Assembly: GCA_023248595.1 (NCBI GenBank)
Contig: JAHFEG010000009.1
Coordinates: 7,739-71,738 of the forward strand
Direction: 5' to 3'
Length of the DNA stretch: 64,000 nucleotides
DNA from: Myxococcales bacterium
GTDB lineage: Bacteria; Myxococcota; UBA727; JABDBI01
Shown here: positions 9,970 through 19,245 of the stretch, piece after piece
Layout of the letters: every line of letters starts with the position of its first letter
How positions within the stretch are numbered: position 1 is the stretch's first letter
Made by a program: the position numbers and the translations under genes
The notes under the pieces: model-generated
Databases searched by the model: none
The model's input: the letters and a program-made list of their open reading frames with translations, nothing else
What the model was told of the DNA's origin: nothing

Positions 9970-10097
9970 ATCTAAAATGCGTAATGAGTGGTACTCGAGA
10001 TATTTTTAGATGACAAGAGGGTTTTCAAATAGGCTTTGATTATGATTTTTGTTAAAAGCAATTGTGAATTTTTTTTTGACAAAAAGAGTAGAGCCCC

Positions 10098-11309
10098 ATG
10101 ACCCAAGTTGATCTCTTCCAATTTGATTTGTTTAATCCAACACAAGAGCATCAAATGCTCAGACAAACAGTGCGCCAGTTTACTGCTAAAAACATTGAAC
10201 CTGGTGCACTTCAGCGAGACAAGCAGGAATTTTTCGACGTCAATTTGTTTCGACAAATGGCAGAGTTGGGTTTGCTTGGCATCACCGTATCCCCAGAATA
10301 TGGGGGATCAGGCATGGATGCCTTGGCGGCAGTGATTGTACACGAGGAACTTTCTTTTTCTGATCCCGGCATGTGTCTTGCTTATTTAGCGCACGTCATG
10401 CTCTGCGTAAACAACCTGGCTATTAACGCGAATGCTGAACAAAAAGAAAATTATTTGCCAAAACTGTGTTCAGGCGAGTGGATCGGTTGCATGGCCATGT
10501 CTGAACCAGAAGTGGGGACAGATGTTTTGGGCATGAAAACCACAGCCAGGCGAGAAGGAAATAATTACATCATCAATGGTCGCAAGATGTGGATTACTAA
10601 CGGCGCCATTGACGATAAAGGAACACCCGCAGATGTCGTTTACCTGTATGCCAAAACGGGAGAAAAAGGAAACAAACCTCAAATCTCGACGTTTATCGTG
10701 GATGGATCATGCTCTGGATTTAAAGTCGGACAAAAAATCAAAGATAAAACAGGAATGCGCGCGTCCACAACTGCCGAGTTGGTGTTTGAAAATTGCCGAG
10801 TTCCTGCCGAAAATCGCATTGGCGAAGAGGGTGAATCCATCAAACACATGATGCGCAATTTAGAAATTGAGCGATTAACTTTAGCTGCTATGGGTCTTGG
10901 TATTGCGCGCCGCTCGCTCGACGTGATGAATCGTTATGCCAATGAACGTCGGGCCTATGGTGTTCCCTTGACGCAATTTGGACAAATCCAACGCTATATT
11001 GCAGAAAGTTACGCTGAGTATCGCGCTGCGCGTTCTTATATTTACGATACTGCTCGCCGATTATTGCTAGAAAAAAGCGGCAGCCGCTTAGACTCCGACG
11101 CTGTCAAATTAATAGCAGCATCGATGTCTAAGAAAGTAGCCGATTATGCCATGCAAGTTTTGGGTGGTTACGGTTATGTCGGTGAATATGTTGTGGAGCG
11201 CCTATGGCGAGATGCTAGATTGTTAGAAATTGGCGGTGGCACCATCGAAGCGCATCAAAAAAATATCACCAATGATTTAAAGCAAAACCCACAAGCTATC
11301 TTGAGCTAA
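10098..11309 (+). CDS. Acyl-CoA dehydrogenase, isovaleryl-CoA dehydrogenase-like
   Basis: CMAMSEPEVGTD, GRKMWITNG, QVLGGYGY, RDARLLEIGGGT. Confidence 0.9.
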   Translation: MTQVDLFQFDLFNPTQEHQMLRQTVRQFTAKNIEPGALQRDKQEFFDVNLFRQMAELGLLGITVSPEYGGSGMDALAAVIVHEELSFSDPGMCLAYLAHVMLCVNNLAINANAEQKENYLPKLCSGEWIGCMAMSEPEVGTDVLGMKTTARREGNNYIINGRKMWITNGAIDDKGTPADVVYLYAKTGEKGNKPQISTFIVDGSCSGFKVGQKIKDKTGMRASTTAELVFENCRVPAENRIGEEGESIKHMMRNLEIERLTLAAMGLGIARRSLDVMNRYANERRAYGVPLTQFGQIQRYIAESYAEYRAARSYIYDTARRLLLEKSGSRLDSDAVKLIAASMSKKVADYAMQVLGGYGYVGEYVVERLWRDARLLEIGGGTIEAHQKNITNDLKQNPQAILS

Positions 11310-11312
11310 AAC

Positions 11313-11783
11313 ATGACTGATGAAACAAAAACTGATCTCTATTTCATGAACGAGGCAATTGTCTTAGCCAAAGAAGCAGCCAGTTTAGGTGAAATTCCCA
11401 TCGGCGCGATTGTTATTTTCAAAGAGCATATTGTTGGAAAAGGCTATAACCGTCGAGAAATTGATTTTGACCCATTGGCGCATGCAGAACTGCTGGCCAT
11501 TAAGCAAGCTTCACAGCACTTGAATAGTTGGCGACTTTTAGATTGTACTTTGTATGTGACCGTCGAGCCTTGCCCGATGTGTGCGGGAGCTTTAGTCAAT
11601 GCGCGCGTCAAACGTTTGGTTTTTGGCTGCAAAGATCTGAAGGCTGGTGCGGTTGATTCGCTATTTCATATTTGCAATGATCCCCGGCTAAACCATCGTC
11701 TCGCAATTACTGCTGGTGTTGAAGAAGAAGCGTGTGCCAATTTGCTAAAGAATTTTTTCAAAGAGTTAAGAAAACCTAATTAA
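11313..11783 (+). CDS. tadA: tRNA adenosine(34) deaminase
   Basis: HAE, PCPMCAGA, LNH motifs. Confidence 0.95.
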   Translation: MTDETKTDLYFMNEAIVLAKEAASLGEIPIGAIVIFKEHIVGKGYNRREIDFDPLAHAELLAIKQASQHLNSWRLLDCTLYVTVEPCPMCAGALVNARVKRLVFGCKDLKAGAVDSLFHICNDPRLNHRLAITAGVEEEACANLLKNFFKELRKPN

Positions 11784-11796
11784 AATATGTGGCTGA

Positions 11797-12645
11797 GTGA
11801 AAATGCTTTCATTAGATCAAATATCTTCTTATCAAGAAAATGGCTTTCTTATCCTCGAAAACTTAATCGATAAAAGAGATTGTGATAATTTGAAAGAGCG
11901 CATCCATTTTTTAATTGAAAACGAATATGGAAACGAGCCTATCAGTATTTTTGATACCGATCGTGAAAAGCATATTAATGACGAATATTTTTTAAACTCA
12001 GGTGATAAAATTCGATTCTTTTTCGAGAGAGAAGCTTTTGTCGATGAAGAAATCCGAAAAAAACCTGTTGAAGCACGTCTCAACAAAATAGGCCATGCGC
12101 TTCATGATTTAGATCCTGTTTTTAATAAATTTTCTAGACAAGAAAAGCTGGCGGAACTCGTTCATGACTTGGGTCTTCTGGATCCACTTATTGTGCAATC
12201 CATGTATATCTTTAAGCAACCGCATATTGGTGGTGAAGTGAACCCACACCAAGACGGGACTTTTTTAATTACCAGCCCCGACACTTTAGTGGGACTTTGG
12301 TTTGCTCTCGAAGATAGTACCCTCGAGAATGGTTGCTTGTGGGCCATTCCTAAAGGGCATCATGATCCCCTTAAAAGTATTTTTGTGCGCAGGCCAGAGC
12401 ATGCTCCCGGGTTTGTTGATTACGATTCGACACCGTGGAATCTAAAAGAGATGATTCCGCTCGAAGTGAAAAAGGGAGCAGTGATTGTTTTGCACTCCCG
12501 CCTTCCACATATGAGCTTTGAAAACCGTTCTAGCCAATCACGACATGCCTACACATTGCATTGCATCGAAAAAAATAGCGAGTATGCAAAAAACAATTGG
12601 TTGCAACGCAGTCCTGGCATGCCGTTTAAAGGGTTTTTTCCTTAA
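11797..12645 (+). CDS. Phytanoyl-CoA dioxygenase family protein (PHYHD1-like)
   Basis: LNKIGHALH, QSMYIFKQP.IGGEV.PHQD, ENGCL, distal His in LPH. Confidence 0.9.
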   Translation: MKMLSLDQISSYQENGFLILENLIDKRDCDNLKERIHFLIENEYGNEPISIFDTDREKHINDEYFLNSGDKIRFFFEREAFVDEEIRKKPVEARLNKIGHALHDLDPVFNKFSRQEKLAELVHDLGLLDPLIVQSMYIFKQPHIGGEVNPHQDGTFLITSPDTLVGLWFALEDSTLENGCLWAIPKGHHDPLKSIFVRRPEHAPGFVDYDSTPWNLKEMIPLEVKKGAVIVLHSRLPHMSFENRSSQSRHAYTLHCIEKNSEYAKNNWLQRSPGMPFKGFFP

Positions 12646-12668
12646 AAAATAATTTATTATTCAGACCG

Positions 12669-12718
12669 AGCGCCATTAGGAGCGATTTTTGATAGCCCAG
12701 GGTCTTGACCGCAGGGGT
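12669..12718. repeat. Degenerate REP-like element related to the REP flanks at 56.8-57.3 kb
   Basis: gcgccattaggagcg...atagcccagggt...ccgcagggg resembles cgctccaaaggagc...acagcccagggt...ccctggg; lies between convergent genes. Confidence 0.45.
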
Positions 12719-12737
12719 GTATGCTCAACAAGAATTA

Positions 12738-14045
12738 CTAAAAGTGCGGTGACTTTTCATCCCGTGGCATTTCAATGAAATAGCCGCGAATTTCACCCAC
12801 CAAGTAAAGAGAGCCGGCGACTAATACAAATCCTTTTTTCTCTTTGGCAACGACCAGGGCTTTTTCGATTGCTTCTTGGCTTTCGCTTGTTGTTAGCAAA
12901 AAAAATTCAAAACCTTCTTTCAAAAAAGCATCTTTTAGATTGGCCACCGGTAAAGCTCGGGGAACTTTCGCCTGTGTTATAATTACTTTTTCCAACCGAG
13001 GCAGCGCTGCTCGCCAAAGCGTTGTCATCTGTTTGATATCGTGCCCCTCTGTCATTCCAATCACAAGCACCATCGGTAAATTGACCAGACGTCCATCTGT
13101 CATGACTGTTTCCAGCAATGCCTGCATGCCCGCGGGGTTATGCGCGCCATCGAGAATCACCAGCGGATCTTTGTTCACTGTTTCATAACGTCCAGGCCAT
13201 TTGGCGTTCTCCACACCCCAGCGCCGCATATTTAAATCAGGAACTAGTCCAGAAAGTTCAATCATAGAAACAGCCACTGCTGCATTATGAATTTGATGAG
13301 AGCCACGTAATGAGGGTTTGCTTTTTGGCAGAAGTAATTTGTCTTGGTGAAAAACACACATGCTATCGTCGAAATTACTGATCTGAATATCGGAGCCTAT
13401 TTGCCACAAAGGTGCTTGCATTTTTTCTGCGTATGATTTGATGACTGCTGCCGCTTCTGGATTTTGAGCGTCACTAACCACGGGAATATTTTTTTTAATA
13501 ATACCTGCTTTTTCTGTGGCAATTTGGGCGAGCGTATTTCCTAAAATATGTGCATGATCAATATCGATCTGTGTGATACCGCACACTGTAGGCTGGACGA
13601 TATTCGTTGCGTCTAAACGACCGCCTAAACCAACTTCGAGAATAGCGACTTTCACATTTGCTCTTTGAAAAGCGAGAAGTGCCATTACCGTCATGCGCTC
13701 AAAAAAAGTTGTGCTTTCAGAGTGCGATAAACATATTTCATTAACCAGTATCTCAACTGCGCAGAATTCTTGTTCACTAATATGTTCGCCATTAATTAAA
13801 ATGCGTTCGCGTACACATTGCAGGTGCGGACTGGTATAGCGCCCACGCGATATTTTTGCTTTTGCTAAAATTGCATCGAGGAAGGCGCAGGTGCTGCCTT
13901 TCCCGTTGGTGCCAGCAATATGAAAAATCAAATAGTTTTGTTGTGGGTTATTTAAAAGAGCAATCAATTTTTGTACACGATCAAGGCCGAACTTTGGTGC
14001 TGGTTCTAAATTGAGAAGTCTACTTAAACTTTTTTGATAATTCAT
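12738..14045 (-). CDS. folC: Folylpolyglutamate synthase/dihydrofolate synthase
   Basis: HIAGTNGKGST, EVGLGGRLDATN, WPGR, LDGAHNP, GSLYLVG. Confidence 0.96.
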   Translation of the reverse strand: MNYQKSLSRLLNLEPAPKFGLDRVQKLIALLNNPQQNYLIFHIAGTNGKGSTCAFLDAILAKAKISRGRYTSPHLQCVRERILINGEHISEQEFCAVEILVNEICLSHSESTTFFERMTVMALLAFQRANVKVAILEVGLGGRLDATNIVQPTVCGITQIDIDHAHILGNTLAQIATEKAGIIKKNIPVVSDAQNPEAAAVIKSYAEKMQAPLWQIGSDIQISNFDDSMCVFHQDKLLLPKSKPSLRGSHQIHNAAVAVSMIELSGLVPDLNMRRWGVENAKWPGRYETVNKDPLVILDGAHNPAGMQALLETVMTDGRLVNLPMVLVIGMTEGHDIKQMTTLWRAALPRLEKVIITQAKVPRALPVANLKDAFLKEGFEFFLLTTSESQEAIEKALVVAKEKKGFVLVAGSLYLVGEIRGYFIEMPRDEKSPHF

Positions 14046-14123
14046 TTATTTGCCACACCCTATTGCGACTGATTGAAAATCCACAAAATGTATATGCATT
14101 CTATTTTAAAAAACGGAGAGACC

Positions 14124-15185
14124 ATGTCTAATGTTGGTTGCATCTCTTATAAAGACGCTGGTGTCGATGTTAACTATGGTGAAACATCTGTCAAGCATAT
14201 GAAGCCTGCTGCGCAAAGGACCCATCGCGCTGGAGTCTTAAGCGGCATTGGCGGGTTTGCCGGTTTATTTTCTCTGAAAGATGCGCTGCCACAGTTGCAA
14301 GATCCGGTGCTTGTTTCTGGAACAGACGGTGTTGGTACAAAATTGCTGGTTGCCATTGAGGCCAATCGACACGAAGCCATTGGACAAGATTTGGTAGCGA
14401 TGTGCGCTAACGATGTTCTGTGTGTCGGAGCCAAGCCCCTTTTCTTTTTAGATTATTTTTCCTCAGGCAGCTTAGAAAAAAGTCCATTGCTGCGCGTTGT
14501 GCAAAGCATCGCTGAAGCTTGCCAAAGCATTGAGTGCGTTTTAATTGGCGGAGAGTCTGCTGAAATGCCTGGACTTTACATGCAAGGCCATTATGACCTC
14601 GCGGGATTTTGTGTGGGCGTCGTTGAAAGAAAAAACATGATTGATGGCGGTCGAGTTAAGCCCGGCGATCAAATCATTGGACTTGCTTCTTCTGGACTTC
14701 ACTCCAATGGTTTTTCTTTAGCCCGCAAAATTATTTTGGAGCGCATGAATCTATCGGTTCACGAAAGTATTTTTATTGAAGGTCATGGCAATGTTGCACT
14801 TGCTGAAATTTTGCTGGAACCAACTAGGTTATATGTTAATTCGATCCTTTCTTTATTGAATGACGGTGTTCCTATCAAAGCCATGGCCCATATCACAGGT
14901 GGAGGAATTGCGGGTAATTTGCTTAGGCCTTTTCCCAAGGGGCTCTCTGCAACTGTTGACACGCGTACTTGGATAGAACCAGCGCTGTTTAATTTATTAA
15001 GAACCCAGGGTCCGGTGACTGAAGAGGAAATGCGTAAAACGTTTAACCTTGGTATCGGTTTTGCTATCGTCGTTGATTCAACAATTGCAAACCAGGTTGT
15101 GGAAAATTTAACCCAATCTGGAGAGTCGGCTGCTATCATTGGCCATGTCGTTGAACGAGATGGCCCCGTTGCTTTTGTGGGTTAA
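14124..15185 (+). CDS. purM: AIR synthase
   Basis: YKDAGV, GTDGVGTK, GGESAEMP, SSGLHSNGFS, HITGGG; GGAG SD. Confidence 0.97.
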   Translation: MSNVGCISYKDAGVDVNYGETSVKHMKPAAQRTHRAGVLSGIGGFAGLFSLKDALPQLQDPVLVSGTDGVGTKLLVAIEANRHEAIGQDLVAMCANDVLCVGAKPLFFLDYFSSGSLEKSPLLRVVQSIAEACQSIECVLIGGESAEMPGLYMQGHYDLAGFCVGVVERKNMIDGGRVKPGDQIIGLASSGLHSNGFSLARKIILERMNLSVHESIFIEGHGNVALAEILLEPTRLYVNSILSLLNDGVPIKAMAHITGGGIAGNLLRPFPKGLSATVDTRTWIEPALFNLLRTQGPVTEEEMRKTFNLGIGFAIVVDSTIANQVVENLTQSGESAAIIGHVVERDGPVAFVG

Positions 15186-15249
15186 AATCAGGTCCTTGTG
15201 GGGCTATCATTCAAAGACCTCATTAGAAACGCATGCGCTGATGTCTTAT

Positions 15250-16020
15250 TTAAGCCCTATCGATGGGAAAATCGGTAAAGCGCTGCAGCTCTCTGTCGAT
15301 AATGGCCATGAGCTTTTCACCGGCAATATTCGCTGGTTCTCTCATAATGATGTATTCGATGAGATCACCATCTAAAAGCGGGCGATTATCGAGACCGTTT
15401 AAGAGTGGAAATTGGGCACGCCACTGATCTTTGTTGAATCCGTATAAATGCTTGGCATAAACAATTTTTGATTTGTCCTCCCTGGCGGGGATTCCATTTA
15501 GAAATGGATATTTCATGCGCAACAAATGGGCTTCACTGGGAACCACTTTTGGCTCGGGTAACGGCTCGGGTCTAATTTGTGCCTTTAATTCTTTGTATGT
15601 TTGTTGCCAATTGCTAAACGGTGAGATTGGATAGGAAGAAGGTTGCTCTTGTTTGTCATGCCAGCGCAGGCTGGCATCCAGATTGTCGACGCCGGGAAGA
15701 CTGCCCTCTCCTAATTTTTCCAAGGAAAAATTTTCCTCTCCCGCTAGCGCAGGCGAGGCATTTTTAAAAATATATTTCTTGTAGCGTTTATCGAACAACC
15801 CAACATGCTGAATCAGCCCTGCTTCTTCGAGCGCTTTCACGGCACGACGCAAGGTGCTGTCACAAATTCCAAGCAGCTTACTCAGCTCTTTGGGTTTAAC
15901 CACAAATTCACCAACTGCACCTTTGGGTAAAAGAGAAAGTTCAGCCCAAACAATGCGAGCACGTGGCGATAAATGAAAGTTACGAATAATTTCAACAGGA
16001 ATACAAACCTTGTTTTCCAT
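15250..16020 (-). CDS. Winged-helix (Rep/HTH_36-like N-terminus) protein of unknown function, copy 1
   Basis: LSPRARIVWAEL...KELSKLLGICDSTLRRAVKALEEAGLI HTH; close paralog at 34669 differing mostly at synonymous sites. Confidence 0.75.
   Translation of the reverse strand: MENKVCIPVEIIRNFHLSPRARIVWAELSLLPKGAVGEFVVKPKELSKLLGICDSTLRRAVKALEEAGLIQHVGLFDKRYKKYIFKNASPALAGEENFSLEKLGEGSLPGVDNLDASLRWHDKQEQPSSYPISPFSNWQQTYKELKAQIRPEPLPEPKVVPSEAHLLRMKYPFLNGIPAREDKSKIVYAKHLYGFNKDQWRAQFPLLNGLDNRPLLDGDLIEYIIMREPANIAGEKLMAIIDRELQRFTDFPIDRA
15654..15760. repeat. In-frame palindromic elements (RPE/WPE-like plus CCTCTCCCG-type REP)
   Basis: tgtcatgccagcgcaggctggcatccag (15654-15681, encodes LDASLRWHD) and cctctcccgctagcgcaggcgagg (encodes SPALAGE). 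Confidence 0.7.
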
Positions 16021-16235
16021 AAACAATCCTTCCGCTCAGGAGCAAACCTGAACTTGACAAGGTCAGTCGAAGATTTTATGGATTCTTCCGACTGACATAA
16101 ACGGTCTGCCGCGCCTCAAGCTTTAGTAGGATTGGGCGCGGTACTTTAATTGACCGCACACCATGCGCGATCAATTCGAGTATTTAGAATCTAAATTAGA
16201 TGTGAATTTAAATGCAAATTGTTTTTGAAAATAAT
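16021..16235 (-). promoter_or_regulatory. Sigma70 promoter plus structured four-hairpin 5' leader, copy 1
   Basis: ATTATTTTCAAA, TTGCAT (16217-12), 18 nt, TAGATT (16193-88); hairpins colinear with 34465-34668. Confidence 0.65.
16089..16150 (+). ncRNA. Putative cis-antisense RNA to the copy-1 leader
   Basis: TTGACA at 16054-59, weak -10 TATGGA, terminator-like CCGCGCC..GGCGCGG-tacttt. Confidence 0.35.
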
Positions 16236-16270
16236 TTTTCTAACACTCCAAAGGACCGCATCTCGTGTAC

Positions 16271-16936
16271 ATGCAACCATTAATTTCTGACACGCCGCGC
16301 ACACCGAAAAATCCACTTCGTTTATGTGTTTTTGTTTCGGGAAATGGTTCCAACTTGCAAGCACTCATCGATGCTGCCAATGCACCTAATACTTGTTTTA
16401 AAATCGCCCTCGTGATTTCTAATATCAAAAATACTTTTGCGCTTGGGCGCGCGCACGCTGCCGGAATTCCGGCAGTTACTATTTGTCATAACGATTTTTC
16501 TTCACGTCTAGATTTTGAAAAAACATTAATTACGCAGTGTATTGATTATCACGTCGAACTTGTGGTTTTGGCTGGCTTCATGCGTGTGCTCAGTCCTCAT
16601 TTTTTGAGCTATTTCCCAAATCAGGTTGTCAATGTCCATCCTGCTCTATGCCCAGCGTTTCCAGGCATTCATGCCGCGCGACAAGCGCTTGCTCGTGGTG
16701 TAAAATATGCGGGCTGCACTGTTCATTTGGTAAACGAAGGTGTCGACGAAGGACCAATCATTGCTCAAGCGATTGTGCCGGTTTACCCAGACGACGATGA
16801 AAATAGATTACAAAAGCGGATTCAAATTCAAGAACATCTACTGCTTCCAAAAATGATTCAAGAAATTGCGATAGGTAATGTTTTAATTGCCGACAGTGAA
16901 ATTTGTCTGAGGAAGAAAAGTGATCCCGTTATCTAA
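16271..16936 (+). CDS. purN: GAR transformylase
   Basis: VSGNGSNLQAL, LAGFMRVL, NVHP, GCTVHLV.EGVDEGPIIAQ. Confidence 0.96.
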   Translation: MQPLISDTPRTPKNPLRLCVFVSGNGSNLQALIDAANAPNTCFKIALVISNIKNTFALGRAHAAGIPAVTICHNDFSSRLDFEKTLITQCIDYHVELVVLAGFMRVLSPHFLSYFPNQVVNVHPALCPAFPGIHAARQALARGVKYAGCTVHLVNEGVDEGPIIAQAIVPVYPDDDENRLQKRIQIQEHLLLPKMIQEIAIGNVLIADSEICLRKKSDPVI

Positions 16937-17006
16937 GTCATAGATGGACTATTTAAGAACACCGCTTTGTTTACCCATCAGGATCAAAAAATATACGAGG
17001 CTTGAT

Positions 17007-17468
17007 GTGCATAAACCGCTGCTTCATGGATTTTTTCTTGTGTCATTTCTATTATTTGCTTGTCCAATGATGGCGCTTACAGAAGAAGAAAAAGCGTTCA
17101 TAGAATATGCAAAAGCAGGTAACCTAGATGGAGTTCAAGGGGCTGTCGCTAATGGCATTAATATAAATGCGCAAAACGAAGACGGGCAAACCGCTCTTCA
17201 TTGGGCTGCTTGGAAAAGCCATGAAAAAATTGTTGATTATTTACTTCTTCGCAATGCAGATACAACGATTCAAAGTCATAAAGGACATGATGCGGCTTTT
17301 CTCTGCGAAAATAAAAAAATCAAACAGATGTTGAACAATGCGAGCTGGCGAATTAACTCAAGAAGAATTGTCTCTTCTTTGCCGCCAACAAGCGTTGGCC
17401 TTGTATCTGCATTCTCATTCTTGATCACGTTCTTTTACGATAGCCTCGCTGCTGTATCCAAACAGTAA
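17007..17468 (+). CDS. Ankyrin-repeat protein with signal peptide and C-terminal hydrophobic segment
   Basis: GININAQNEDGQTALHWAAW...IVDYLL; start uncertain (16944 or 17007). Confidence 0.8.
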   Translation: MHKPLLHGFFLVSFLLFACPMMALTEEEKAFIEYAKAGNLDGVQGAVANGININAQNEDGQTALHWAAWKSHEKIVDYLLLRNADTTIQSHKGHDAAFLCENKKIKQMLNNASWRINSRRIVSSLPPTSVGLVSAFSFLITFFYDSLAAVSKQ

Positions 17469-17496
17469 GCCTCTTTTTTTAACTTTACTTATAATG

Positions 17497-18957
17497 TCAA
17501 TTTCTATTTAAATTTCCGATTTTGCTATGTCGTTTACTGTAAAGAAAATAAAGAGCGCATCCAGCCACCATAAATCCAAATAGCTGCAGCCAAATCACCC
17601 AAGGCATTGAAATCATCAATGTTAAGCAAGAAAGTGCGCCCAGCAAAGGCACCCATGGATATAAGGGTGTTTTAAAAGGTCGATGCAGGCCGGGCTGAGT
17701 GATACGTAAAATCAAAACACCCAAGCAGACCATTCCAAACGCCAGCAAGGCACCCATCGAGGTTAGTTTTCCGAGAATCCCAATAGGAAAAAAACCGGCC
17801 ATGCTCATTCCCGCAACAGTGACGATAATTGTTGCAAAAAATGGTGTGCGAAACTGGGGATGAATTTTACCAAACGCCTTTGGTAAAAGACCGTCTTGCG
17901 CCATGGTATAAAATACCCGGGCTTGGCCCATTAACATGACGAGGATGACAGATGTTAAACCGCACAAGATCGCAACATTGGTTACATATTTTAGCCACCA
18001 AAAGTGGGGACCAAAAGCGCTGACCGCAACCGAAATCGGATCATCAACACCCAATGCTGTGTAACTCACGACGCCAGTCAACACTAAACCGCATAAAATG
18101 TACAAGAGTGTACAAATCAAAAGGGAACCAAGCATGCCAATCGGCATGTCTTTTTGTGGATTTTTAGATTCCTGGGCCAGGGTGGAAACAGTATCAAAAC
18201 CCAAGAAAGCAAAGAAAACGATTCCAGCTCCGCGCAAAATTCCACTAAAGCCAAACTCTCCAACAACACCCGTATTAGGTGGAATAAAAGGAACCAGGTT
18301 GTCGGTGTTCACATACACAAGGCCACAAGCAATAAACAAAAAGATGACGCCGACTTTGACATAGACAAGAATATTGTTCAAAGCAGTCGCTGTTTGTACG
18401 CCTCTGGCGGCGAGTAACCCTAAAAGACAAATAATAATCATAGCAGGAAGATTGATAGCAGAACCTGTTTGCATCCAACCCATTTGTTCGCTGTGCGCGA
18501 GTGGAGCCTTTGCAAAGAAAGCAGGGATATCGATGCCGCAATCACGCATAAAACTGGAGAAATAAGCTGACCAACCAACAGCAACAGTCGAAAAGGCAAA
18601 TAGATATTCAATGGTGAGGGCGATTCCCATGATCCAAGCAAAGAATTCTCCCATGGCGACGTAGGCGTAGGTATAAGCGCTACCAGCTATTGGAATTAAA
18701 GAAGCAAACTCGGCATAGCAAAGGGCTGCAAAAGAGCAAACGATAGCGGCGACAACAAACGAAAGTATGACGGCTGGCCCTGCAGCATTGGCAGCAGCAT
18801 CACCGGTGAGTACAAAGAATCCAGCGCCAATGATAGCTCCAATACCAATCGCAATCAAGCTTGTCGGACCCAAGGTTCTCTTTAAGCCATTCGTGGTATC
18901 CGATGCTTCTAGCAATATCGAGTCAAGCGTTTTTTTTGCGAAAAGCCCTTTGAACAT
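17497..18957 (-). CDS. APC-family (cationic) amino acid permease
   Basis: GAIIGAG, GSAYTY, FFAFLGFD, EsKNPQKD; 12+ TM segments. Confidence 0.93.
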   Translation of the reverse strand: MFKGLFAKKTLDSILLEASDTTNGLKRTLGPTSLIAIGIGAIIGAGFFVLTGDAAANAAGPAVILSFVVAAIVCSFAALCYAEFASLIPIAGSAYTYAYVAMGEFFAWIMGIALTIEYLFAFSTVAVGWSAYFSSFMRDCGIDIPAFFAKAPLAHSEQMGWMQTGSAINLPAMIIICLLGLLAARGVQTATALNNILVYVKVGVIFLFIACGLVYVNTDNLVPFIPPNTGVVGEFGFSGILRGAGIVFFAFLGFDTVSTLAQESKNPQKDMPIGMLGSLLICTLLYILCGLVLTGVVSYTALGVDDPISVAVSAFGPHFWWLKYVTNVAILCGLTSVILVMLMGQARVFYTMAQDGLLPKAFGKIHPQFRTPFFATIIVTVAGMSMAGFFPIGILGKLTSMGALLAFGMVCLGVLILRITQPGLHRPFKTPLYPWVPLLGALSCLTLMISMPWVIWLQLFGFMVAGCALYFLYSKRHSKIGNLNRN

Positions 18958-19245
18958 AATCAATCCTAAATTCTCAAGTACTTAATTATCTATTACTAAC
19001 TGCATGCAAAAGTAGTGTATTCTAGGTTAACGCTTTTGGCAATACGACCTTTGAAACCGATTTGTCGCAACTTGAGAAATGTTTACCGGATTGATAGACT
19101 CATTATGCATACGTGAAAGTTCTTAAAAGACAGATTAGCACGATCTTTATTTGTGATGCTTTGGTCCCAATAAACTTGCTTAAGTATTAGTTCAATGGAT
19201 ATAACGACAATGGTTTGCATACATTTTTAAAATTGATCAGCACCA

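Noticed and set aside
18964-19245. Cobalamin riboswitch upstream of icmF
   Set aside because: AT-rich with no recognisable B12-box or conserved core.
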